Source of the DNA: an uncultured bacterium
Lineage (GTDB): Bacteria > Abyssobacteria > SURF-5
NCBI GenBank assembly: GCA_964510165.1
Contig: CAZEBC010000013.1
Span: forward strand, 1 to 28,164
Direction of reading: 5' to 3'
DNA length: 28,164 nt
In this document: positions 1-7,926 of the stretch, piece by piece
Position numbering within the stretch: the stretch's first letter is position 1
How the letters are laid out: each line of letters begins with the position of its first letter
Position numbers and translations under genes: made by a program
Notes under the pieces: model-generated
Database searches by the model: none
What the model saw: the letters and a program-made list of their open reading frames with translations, nothing else
Told to the model about the DNA's origin: nothing

Positions 1-1328
1 CCGTAGTGGTCATCGGGCACGCCGACCGCCGCGCATTCCAGCACGGCTGAATGGCAATACAGCGCCTCGTCAATCTCGCGCGGCGCGATGTTCTCGCCGC
101 CCTTGATGATAAGTTCCTTGATGCGGCCCGTGACGAAAACAAAACCGTCCTCGTCCATGTATCCGATATCGCCCGTATGCAGCCAGCCGTCAGGCTCGAT
201 GGCCTGCGCAGTCAACTCCGGCGCCTTGTAATAGCCCTTCATCACGTTGTCGCCGCGAATCATGATTTCGCCCTGCGTCCCGCGCGCCGCTTCGGCGCCA
301 TTCGCGTCAATAATCTTCGCTTCGTTGCCGACTGCGCGTCCCGGCGAGCCGTATTTCCTCTTCGACGGATCAAGCGGATTGGAGAACACAGGCGCCGCCG
401 TTTCCGTCAGCCCCATCGTCTCGATGATGGAAATCCCGAATTTTTCCTCGAACGCCTTGTGCAGGGCGGGCGGCAGCGCGGACGAGGCCGAACGCCCAAA
501 CCGAACGTGACTGAGATCAAGGTTCTTGTCCTTGATGTCGGTTGCGCTGTGAAGATACGAGATGATTGTGGGAACCACGCTGAACCATGTGCAGCGATGC
601 TCGAACAGCAATTGCCAGAAGTTCGACACGCTGAACCTGTGCGGCATCACCACGCTCCCGCCGCTGACCAATGGCGCAACCACCGTCACGACCGCGCCGT
701 TGATGTGATAGACGGGCAGCGAGCACAGCGCTCTGTCCTCTGGCCCGAGTTCGTGCGCCATGGTCGTGTATCGGCCTCCCGCATTCAGGTTCTTATGCGA
801 AAGGACTACGCCCTTCGGCTTGCCGGTCGTGCCCGACGTGTAGAGCAGGAGCGCATCATCATCCTCGGCCACTTGCGGTAAAGATAGACTGGAGAAGTCC
901 GAGCCAGATGGGAAGATGTTTTCCGCGTCATTGTCGATCTGGAATAGTTCGATGCTGCGATTGACCTTCGAGGCCGCATCCTTCAGCTTCTCCCGCTGGT
1001 CTTCTGTGAAAAACACGAGCCGCGTGTCGGAATGCTCAAGCACATACTCAAGCTGCGACGGCTGGGCCAAAAGATTGAGCGGCGCCGCCGTGAAACCCGA
1101 GTATATGGCCCCGAGGAAAATCTTCGTGGTTTGATACCCGTTCCCCATCATGTAGGAGACTTTGTCGCCTTTCTTGAGACCCAGCTTCGTCAGGCGCTTT
1201 CCAAAGTCGATGCAATCTTGCTTCAGCCGGCCATAAGTGAGTGTCAAACCCGGCTCGGGCGCGAGCATGAATATCTTGTCGGGATGCCGCTCGGCTTGTT
1301 CGTCAATGATGTGTCGGATGGTATGCAT
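1..1328 (-). CDS. AMP-forming acyl-CoA synthetase, SauT (sulfoacetate-CoA ligase)/oxalate-CoA ligase-like; C-terminus runs off the left edge
   Basis: Absent from the ORF track because there is no stop in the window. Manual translation from ATG 1328 gives MHTIRHIIDEQAERHPDKIF..., the AMP-binding motif LLLYTSGTTGKPKG, LPVYHING, ETMGLTE, GWLHTGDIG and GRIKELIIKGGENIAPREIDEAL. The SauT resemblance is from recollection of that family. Confidence 0.9.
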   Translation of the reverse strand, partial: MHTIRHIIDEQAERHPDKIFMLAPEPGLTLTYGRLKQDCIDFGKRLTKLGLKKGDKVSYMMGNGYQTTKIFLGAIYSGFTAAPLNLLAQPSQLEYVLEHSDTRLVFFTEDQREKLKDAASKVNRSIELFQIDNDAENIFPSGSDFSSLSLPQVAEDDDALLLYTSGTTGKPKGVVLSHKNLNAGGRYTTMAHELGPEDRALCSLPVYHINGAVVTVVAPLVSGGSVVMPHRFSVSNFWQLLFEHRCTWFSVVPTIISYLHSATDIKDKNLDLSHVRFGRSASSALPPALHKAFEEKFGISIIETMGLTETAAPVFSNPLDPSKRKYGSPGRAVGNEAKIIDANGAEAARGTQGEIMIRGDNVMKGYYKAPELTAQAIEPDGWLHTGDIGYMDEDGFVFVTGRIKELIIKGGENIAPREIDEALYCHSAVLECAAVGVPDDHY

Positions 1329-1341
1329 GTGCGACGCCTGG

Positions 1342-1875
1342 TCAACCCTTGTAGTCGTACCCGATCTGGAAGGCCTGCTTGTTCTGCTCTTGAAATTTCG
1401 GCATGACGTGCAGGATGCTGTCAAGCATGATGTCTTTGTCGAGCAACTCCACCTGCCTTGTGACGACGCCGAGCATGAGCGAATTTGCGAAAAGCGGGCC
1501 GTCGAATGTCTTGAGCGATAGTTCGTTCGCCGGGACGGCCCTTTGCTGGCATTTCAGCCCCATGTCAATTTCGCTCACAAACGCGGGATCATACAAGATA
1601 ACGCCGCTCTCCGGCATCAACCGCTTGAACTGGTTGTATGCGGCGCCCGACAGCGCGATGAAGCAATCGGGCGATTCGCAGATGGGACTGTCGATGATTT
1701 CCTTTGAGAGGACGACCTGGCTTCTCACGTAGCCGCCGCGCATCTCGGTTCCGTGACTTTTCAGCATGCTGACGTGCAGTCCCTGCTTCACGCCGGCCTC
1801 GCCTATGATCTGGCCGAGCCGGACGACCCCCTGTCCGCCGAACCCGCTCGCGAGTATCTCAGTTCGATCCTTCAT
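1342..1875 (-). CDS. 2-oxoacid:ferredoxin oxidoreductase gamma subunit
   Basis: SGFGGQGVV and HGTEMRGG motifs, ANSLMLG; directly follows the beta subunit. Confidence 0.93.
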   Translation of the reverse strand: MKDRTEILASGFGGQGVVRLGQIIGEAGVKQGLHVSMLKSHGTEMRGGYVRSQVVLSKEIIDSPICESPDCFIALSGAAYNQFKRLMPESGVILYDPAFVSEIDMGLKCQQRAVPANELSLKTFDGPLFANSLMLGVVTRQVELLDKDIMLDSILHVMPKFQEQNKQAFQIGYDYKG

Positions 1876-2707
1876 CCTTGTATCTCCTGCGAATCTCCTC
1901 CACCCTATCCCGCATCAGCTGCGAAAACTCGGGCCGTGAATTGCGCGCGTCATGATAAATGCCCGTACGCCAGATGATGTCCTTCTTCTCCATGCCCAAG
2001 GGCGCGGCGTGGTTCTTGATCCAATTGAAAATCTTGACGGCGCTCCTTGTGCCGAGCGCATTCTTTCCAAAGTTCGTGGTGCAAGGATAGACCACATGTA
2101 CGAGCGAGAACCCGTTGTTCTGAAGCGCTTTCTTGAGAGAGTCCACGAGAACGGCCCCATCCATGCTCACGTGTCTGGCCAGGAACGTGGCGCCCGCCCC
2201 TTTCAATATCATCAGCACGTCCCGCCCGGGCTCGACCCAGTTCGGCTCGAACATGCCATAGGGACTGCTGTCGGTCACGACGCCCGGCGGAGTGGTCCAT
2301 CCGAATTGGCCGCCGGTCGATTGATAGCCGAGATTGTCGCACACCATGACGGTCATCTGCGCGTTCGTCCTGACCGCATGCAGGAGATGATTGAATCCAA
2401 TGCCGAAGGCGTCGCCATCGCCGACGGTCAGCACGATCCTCTTCTCGGGCGGCAGCGCAAGTCTTAGCCCGCGCGCGATGGCATACACGCGGCCGTGCGT
2501 TCCCGCGAAGCTGTCGCCCTTCCAGGTGGCAAAGGTCTGTCTTCCCGCGCATCCGATAGAGGTTCCCCACACGATGTCGTTCACCCGAAACCCGAGGTCA
2601 TCAATGGCCTTCACCAACGCCTTATGACACTGGCCGAGTCCGCAGCCCGAACACGCCGTGCTCGGTATCTTCCTCTCTCTCAGGTATTGTGTCGCCAGGT
2701 AATCCAT
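1859..2707 (-). CDS. 2-oxoacid:ferredoxin oxidoreductase beta subunit (TPP-binding)
   Basis: CSGCG, IGC, HGR, GDGD...DN TPP motif, TGGQ, C-terminal PC cluster ligand. Confidence 0.95.
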   Translation of the reverse strand: MDYLATQYLRERKIPSTACSGCGLGQCHKALVKAIDDLGFRVNDIVWGTSIGCAGRQTFATWKGDSFAGTHGRVYAIARGLRLALPPEKRIVLTVGDGDAFGIGFNHLLHAVRTNAQMTVMVCDNLGYQSTGGQFGWTTPPGVVTDSSPYGMFEPNWVEPGRDVLMILKGAGATFLARHVSMDGAVLVDSLKKALQNNGFSLVHVVYPCTTNFGKNALGTRSAVKIFNWIKNHAAPLGMEKKDIIWRTGIYHDARNSRPEFSQLMRDRVEEIRRRYKDEGSN

Positions 2708-3880
2708 TTACCACGCCTCCGTTTCCCAGCCGCGGCGCGCAAGAGGCTGGCCTTTGAGCAGCTTGTCGAATACCTCGTGCAGTTCGGCCACGGTGGGCAG
2801 TTCGCCGCACTTTCCGAAGAAATGGACCTCGCTGTCGCGCGGGACCGCCCGCTGAACTTCCCTGACCATCTGGCCGTCATAATTCAACTCGACCGAAAGA
2901 TAGGTGGCCTTGTTCTTGAAAAGTTCGTCCGGGAACGGCCACAAGGAGATGGGCCTGATCATGCCGACCCTGCGCCCCATCTCGCGCGCTCGTTTGACGG
3001 CGGTCTTCACGACCCTCGACGGCGTTCCGAACGCGACCACGACAAGTTCCGGCTCATCCTCCAGGAATAGCGTCTCATAGCGAGTGATGATGTCCCTGTG
3101 GTTGCGGATTTTGTAGATCAACCGGTATGCATGTTTGTGCTGAGCCTCGACCGTCTCGATATCGTAGCCCTCCTCGGTCGGAGTCCAATCAGAGCAAAGG
3201 GCACCCGTGTCCTTCCCGAGGACAACCGGCGGCACATCAATCTCGTCGGTCGGAGGATAGAAGTCCGGCCCCTGATGCGCCTTTCGCTCTGCGAACCTCA
3301 GGCCCATGGCCTGCTTTTCGTCATCCGTCTCGGGAATGCTGAGGTCTTCCCATCCGTCGGTGATCAATTGGTCCGCCAACACGGTGACGGGCGTACGGAA
3401 TCTTTCCGATAGATAGAAAGCCTCCACGGTGAGCGCAAAGGCCTCCTGAGCAGTGCTCGGCGCAAGCACTATCGTCTCGAAGTTGCCGCCCTGCGTGACA
3501 TAGCGGCTCAGGTAGAATTCTCCCTGGCCTGGCGCGCCGGTGATCCCGCTGACCGGGCCCACCCGTTGCGAATTCAGCACCACCAGCGGTATCTCGCATC
3601 CGATAGCCCAGCCGTAAGGGTCGGCGTAGAGTATGAAGCCCGGCCCCGACGTGGCGGTCATGGCCTTCATGCCGCCGAGCGCCGCTCCGATCGCCAGGTG
3701 CATGGCGGCGGTTTCGTCCTCGGTCTGCACATAGAAGCCGCCGACTCGCGGCAGGAGCCTGGACATGGCTTCGGCTATTTCGGTTGCAGGCGTGATCGGG
3801 TATCCGCAAAACACGCGGCAACCTGCCATGATGGCCGCCTGCGCCACCGCAAAATTCCCTGTTTCCAAGTAACGCTTCAT
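2708..3880 (-). CDS. 2-oxoacid:ferredoxin oxidoreductase alpha subunit
   Basis: GYPITPATE, EDE, TATSGPG, QRxGP and VELN motifs; the TAA stop abuts the beta ATG. Confidence 0.95.
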   Translation of the reverse strand: MKRYLETGNFAVAQAAIMAGCRVFCGYPITPATEIAEAMSRLLPRVGGFYVQTEDETAAMHLAIGAALGGMKAMTATSGPGFILYADPYGWAIGCEIPLVVLNSQRVGPVSGITGAPGQGEFYLSRYVTQGGNFETIVLAPSTAQEAFALTVEAFYLSERFRTPVTVLADQLITDGWEDLSIPETDDEKQAMGLRFAERKAHQGPDFYPPTDEIDVPPVVLGKDTGALCSDWTPTEEGYDIETVEAQHKHAYRLIYKIRNHRDIITRYETLFLEDEPELVVVAFGTPSRVVKTAVKRAREMGRRVGMIRPISLWPFPDELFKNKATYLSVELNYDGQMVREVQRAVPRDSEVHFFGKCGELPTVAELHEVFDKLLKGQPLARRGWETEAW

Positions 3881-3899
3881 CCCTGATGTCCTCTTTTCG

Positions 3900-5534
3900 T
3901 CATGCTTTCTCGGCGATGTCTATGGAGAAGTCGGGACACGCGAAGAAGCACAACATGCATCCGACGCATCTCTCGCCACGCGCGGCAAGAATGGGCCTGT
4001 AGCCGCGCCGGTTAAACTCGGCGCCGACCTCAAAAACGCCCATGCCGCACACCTCAACGCAATACCCGCATTCCTTGCATCCTTGGGCATGTACCTGTAT
4101 GTCGAACTGACGCGCGTCGCAGCTTCGACATCGCCCCGCCTCTTTGATCGCCATATGCGCACTCAATCCAAGCTCCACCGGCTGGAAATCGCATGCACGG
4201 TCGGTCAGCGGCGCGCAGGGAATGGAAACGCGCGCGTGATCGTCGGCTTCATAATCCATCACCACCACTTCTTCCTCGACCGGACCAAGCTCCTGGTCTA
4301 CACAGCCCGCCCCGCCAAGAAACCTGTCAATGGATTCGGCAGCCTTCCGCCCGTGAGCAATGGCCTCGATGATGGAAGCCGGACCGCTCACCATGTCGCC
4401 CCCCGCAAACACGCCGGGGAGGCTCGTCTCCAGCGTTTCGGCATTAACCTCGGCGGTGTTCTTATTGGTCAATCTGATGCCGATAGTGACGGGAAGGTCA
4501 GGTACTTGTCCGATGGCCACGATTACGGTATCGAATCGCGCGTTGAACTCGCTGTTCTTTATCGGACTAGGGCTTCGGCGACCGCTCGCATCGGGTTTCC
4601 CGAGTTCCATTCGAATGAGTGTGGTCTCCAACCCATCTTTGCGCTGAGAAATATGAACCGGAGTCCCCAGGAATTGGAGCTTCACGCCCTCGAAGAGGGC
4701 GCTTCCGACTTCCTCCTCGTACGCGGTCATCTCGGCTTGCGATCTGCGGTATATCAGAGTGACCTCCGTCGCGCCCAAACGAACTGCGCAGCGCGCGGCG
4801 TCAACTGCCGTGTTGCCTCCCCCGATAACGGCCACACGCCCGCCGACATTGACCTTTTTCCCGCGGTTAACCTCTCGGAGGAACGTGATGCCATCAATGA
4901 CGCCGGGCAAATCCTCGCCCGGGATTCCAAGCCTGGCGCTCTTCTGCGCCCCACACGCGAGATAGACGGCATCGTAGCCTTGCTTAAAGAGACGATCGAG
5001 GGACTCCACCCGCGCGTGTGTCTGTATCGTGACGCCAATCTCTTTCAGGTATCCGATTTCCTTATCCAATGCCTCGCGCGGAAGACGGTACTTGGGGATG
5101 CCAAACCGCATCATGCCGCCCGCTTCGTCGAGGGCCTCCATCACGGTCACGCGGTGGCCAACCGTCGCGAGGTAATAGGCCGCCGTCAGCCCGCTCGGGC
5201 CCGAGCCGACTATGACAACGCGCTTGCCCGTGTCAGGCGTCATCACGAGATTCTTTCGCCAGAGTTCGCCCCCATATTCGGCGGCGGCCCTCTTCAATGC
5301 GCGGATCGCAATCGGATCACCGAATTGACGATTCCCACATTTGGCTTCGCACGGACTGTAGCACGCATACCCGCATATCGAGGGGAACGGAATCCGCGCC
5401 CGAATGACCGCCAGCGCGTCGTCAAATTTGCCCTGCTTGATACAGCGAATGTATCTGGGCACATCTATACCGGCCGGGCATGCCTCCCGGCATGGGGCCA
5501 CGACCAACTTATCTCGCGGGACATGTTTCTCCAT
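3900..5534 (-). CDS. GltD/NfnB-like FAD- and NAD(P)H-dependent oxidoreductase fused to a C-terminal 2[4Fe-4S] (OFOR delta-type) ferredoxin
   Basis: PCREACP...CGYACYSPCEAKC Fe-S region, GSGPSG, GGGNTAVD, YRRS, FAGGD, EAGRCRSC, then CKECGYCVEVC...GYRP...CVGCMLCFFACPD; GGAGG RBS. Confidence 0.9.
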   Translation of the reverse strand: MEKHVPRDKLVVAPCREACPAGIDVPRYIRCIKQGKFDDALAVIRARIPFPSICGYACYSPCEAKCGNRQFGDPIAIRALKRAAAEYGGELWRKNLVMTPDTGKRVVIVGSGPSGLTAAYYLATVGHRVTVMEALDEAGGMMRFGIPKYRLPREALDKEIGYLKEIGVTIQTHARVESLDRLFKQGYDAVYLACGAQKSARLGIPGEDLPGVIDGITFLREVNRGKKVNVGGRVAVIGGGNTAVDAARCAVRLGATEVTLIYRRSQAEMTAYEEEVGSALFEGVKLQFLGTPVHISQRKDGLETTLIRMELGKPDASGRRSPSPIKNSEFNARFDTVIVAIGQVPDLPVTIGIRLTNKNTAEVNAETLETSLPGVFAGGDMVSGPASIIEAIAHGRKAAESIDRFLGGAGCVDQELGPVEEEVVVMDYEADDHARVSIPCAPLTDRACDFQPVELGLSAHMAIKEAGRCRSCDARQFDIQVHAQGCKECGYCVEVCGMGVFEVGAEFNRRGYRPILAARGERCVGCMLCFFACPDFSIDIAEKA

Positions 5535-5695
5535 GTGCTTCTTGCCTCCGACAACGAGCGGACTATCGAGCCGAAACTGAGCGAATCCGGGTGAGGGTTG
5601 GAGTTCCGTATCAATACTGATGGGATTTCTTGATTGGCGCTTTCTTAAAAGCGGCTTGTACTCCGGACCCTGGAATCACTTCACACTGCTGAGGA

Positions 5696-5725
5696 ATTAT
5701 ACACGATTCATTCAAACCTTATCAA
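5696..5725 (-). promoter_or_regulatory. Putative sigma70 promoter for the OFOR operon
   Basis: Minus strand TTGATA (5720-5725), 18-nt spacer, TATAAT (5696-5701). Confidence 0.55.
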
Positions 5726-5750
5726 ACGACAAATCGCCATTGGAACCAGG

Positions 5751-6551
5751 TCATGAACGCCTGAACTTCGGCTCGCGCTTCTCGATAAAGGCGTTGAATC
5801 CCTCGAGGGGTTCCTCCGAAAGGAACATCCGCTCCACCAACTCCGGCTCGCAAAGCCAGAGGTCGCCGATGTTTGAGAGCGCGGCGGCGTTCGCGATCTT
5901 CTTCGTCAATCGCACCGCAAGCGGACTCTGTTTCGCTATCTGTTCGACAAATGCCTTCGTCGATACGCTCAAATCATCAGGAGTAACAACCAGGTTTGCA
6001 AGCCCCCACTCCAGCGCCTGCTTGGCCCCGACTTCATTGCATGTCATGATGAGTTCCTTGGCTCTTGAGGAACCGACGAGCCTGACCAGCCTTGGCGTGC
6101 AGCCCCATGTGAAGAAGATTCCGACATGCGCCTCGGGTAACCCGAGAGTCGCCGCCTCCGAAAAAATACGAAAATCGCACGCAAGCGCGATGGCGAACCC
6201 GGCGCCGAGGCATCTGCCATTGATGGCCGCGATTGTCACCTGCTCCAGTTTCTCAAGGGCCTGCATCAGTTCGTGGCCGCGAAGCTGTTGAAACCGCGCG
6301 ATCTCATATGGGGCGATTGCCTCGGTTTCAGCTTTCTGCAGTGCGCCCGCAAGGTCCGCGCCGGACGTAAATGTCTTCCCCGCTCCGGTCAGAACCAGGA
6401 ACCGCGTTGACGTATCGGTCCTTAAAGCCGCGAACAAGCGGGTTAACTCATCGACCATGACGTCGTTCATCGCGTTGAGTTTCTTCGGTCGGTTCAGTGT
6501 GACCGTCATCATTTCCCGGTCCCGCTCGACAAGCAGCGTCTCGAATTGCAT
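5751..6551 (-). CDS. Enoyl-CoA hydratase/isomerase (crotonase) family protein
   Basis: TLNRPKKLNAM, FTSGADL, IAAINGRCLGAG, LACDFRI, LPE, C-terminal AFIEKREPKF. Confidence 0.93.
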   Translation of the reverse strand: MQFETLLVERDREMMTVTLNRPKKLNAMNDVMVDELTRLFAALRTDTSTRFLVLTGAGKTFTSGADLAGALQKAETEAIAPYEIARFQQLRGHELMQALEKLEQVTIAAINGRCLGAGFAIALACDFRIFSEAATLGLPEAHVGIFFTWGCTPRLVRLVGSSRAKELIMTCNEVGAKQALEWGLANLVVTPDDLSVSTKAFVEQIAKQSPLAVRLTKKIANAAALSNIGDLWLCEPELVERMFLSEEPLEGFNAFIEKREPKFRRS

Positions 6552-6575
6552 TTCCTGTCCCCCTCTAACCTCCGA

Positions 6576-7727
6576 TTATCTGTATCTGCCTTCGCGCACC
6601 GTCTTGCAGGGCTTGAAGATTTCTTTCCCGTATTTCTCGGCAAGCCGCTCCAGGCGCGCCGACAACTCAGCGTGGGCAATGTTCTTCGCAACCGACATCG
6701 GCCCGACCGGATTGCCGCTCGAGTTGGTCATCGCCACGTCCACGTCCTCGGCACTGCACACGCCCATCTCGATCAGCTTGCAGGCTTCGTTTATCTGAAC
6801 CGCAAGCGTGTCCATCGGGTCGAATTTGTCAGTCGCCTTCGAGAGGTCAATCTGCGGCCTTCCCTGCGACCAGTCATAGTAGCCCCTGCCAGTCTTCTTG
6901 CCGAGCCTGCCGTCTTGGACCATCTTGAGAAGATGCGGCGCTGGAGCAAAATCGGGATGAACCCTCTCGGCGTAGTACTTGGCGCCATTGACACTGATGT
7001 CAATTCCAACATAGTCTTGCAGTTCACACGGTCCCATCGGCGCGCCCAGACTCTTTACAAAAGCGTCAAGAGCCTCCGGCTCGATCTCGCCCGAGCCGAT
7101 AATGGCGTTGATGAGGACTCCCGCCGGCGCATTGATTCGGTTCGCGATGAAGCCCGGCACATCCTTCTTGACGATGACCGGAACCTTCCCGAGCTTTTCG
7201 ACGAACTGACGACCGACCTCGATGGTCTCATCAGACGTCTTCTCGCCGCGTATCACCTCGACCAGACGCATGATCACCGCCGGGTTGAAAAAATGCAGCC
7301 CGAGCACCTTATCCGCCCTGCCAGTGACGCTTGCGATATCCGTTATGCTCATAGTGGACGTGTTCGAGGCAAGCAATGACTGCTTGGGCGCAGCCCTGTC
7401 CATGGTGGAAAACACCTGCTTCTTCAGGTCGAGCTTCTCGGGCGCAGCCTCAATGGCCAGGTCGGCGTCCTTCACCGCAGTCGCCAGGTCGGTGGTCTTG
7501 CGAAGAAGCTTATTCTTGATGTTCTCAAAGTGCGCCGATTGAACTTTGCCCTTCGACACCAGCTTCTCAAGACTTTCCATGATGCGCGCCTCGCCCTTGG
7601 TGACGAATTCCTCCTTGATGTCGTACAGGTTCACTTTGTACCCGGCGATGAGCGCCACCTCCGCAATGCCGTGTCCCATATCGCCCGCGCCAATGACAGC
7701 AACCGTCTTGATATCCTCCAGTTTCAT
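6576..7727 (-). CDS. 3-hydroxyacyl-CoA dehydrogenase (long form with duplicated C-terminal domain)
   Basis: GAGDMGHGIA Rossmann motif, IEAAPE, ASNTS, GLHFFNP, KDVPGFIANR, GKKTGRGYY. Start moved to ATG 7727, which has a GGAGG RBS. Confidence 0.93.
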   Translation of the reverse strand: MKLEDIKTVAVIGAGDMGHGIAEVALIAGYKVNLYDIKEEFVTKGEARIMESLEKLVSKGKVQSAHFENIKNKLLRKTTDLATAVKDADLAIEAAPEKLDLKKQVFSTMDRAAPKQSLLASNTSTMSITDIASVTGRADKVLGLHFFNPAVIMRLVEVIRGEKTSDETIEVGRQFVEKLGKVPVIVKKDVPGFIANRINAPAGVLINAIIGSGEIEPEALDAFVKSLGAPMGPCELQDYVGIDISVNGAKYYAERVHPDFAPAPHLLKMVQDGRLGKKTGRGYYDWSQGRPQIDLSKATDKFDPMDTLAVQINEACKLIEMGVCSAEDVDVAMTNSSGNPVGPMSVAKNIAHAELSARLERLAEKYGKEIFKPCKTVREGRYR

Positions 7728-7800
7728 GGCGTCCTCCAGAATTGTCGGAAGTGCACGAACCCAATTGTCAACTCGATAAAATCTGCCGATTGTGTTGATG

Positions 7801-7829
7801 ATTATAATGCCAGCCATGCCGGAATTCAA
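7801..7829 (-). promoter_or_regulatory. Putative sigma70 promoter for the hydroxyacyl-CoA dehydrogenase/crotonase pair
   Basis: Minus strand TTGAAT (7824-7829), 17 nt, TATAAT (7801-7806). The -35 is bracketed by the inverted repeat CCATGCCG-N10-CGGCATGG (7814-7839). Confidence 0.65.
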
Positions 7830-7926
7830 GACGGCATGGGTAACGGGGTATACGCGCATCAGCAGTGAGGATTGCGGAAGCGGCTGCTCGTGGGGGAAGA
7901 AATGATGGCCGAGACGCGCGCGAGAA

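Noticed and set aside
51..881. 276-aa plus-strand ORF
   Set aside because: Antisense shadow of the acyl-CoA ligase; no recognisable motifs.
4083..5594. 503-aa plus-strand ORF
   Set aside because: Antisense to the GltD-like gene; long shadow ORFs are expected in GC-rich coding DNA.
7728..7859. N-terminal extension of the hydroxyacyl-CoA dehydrogenase in the ORF track
   Set aside because: It spans the predicted promoter; ATG 7727 has a GGAGG RBS and the family N-terminus.
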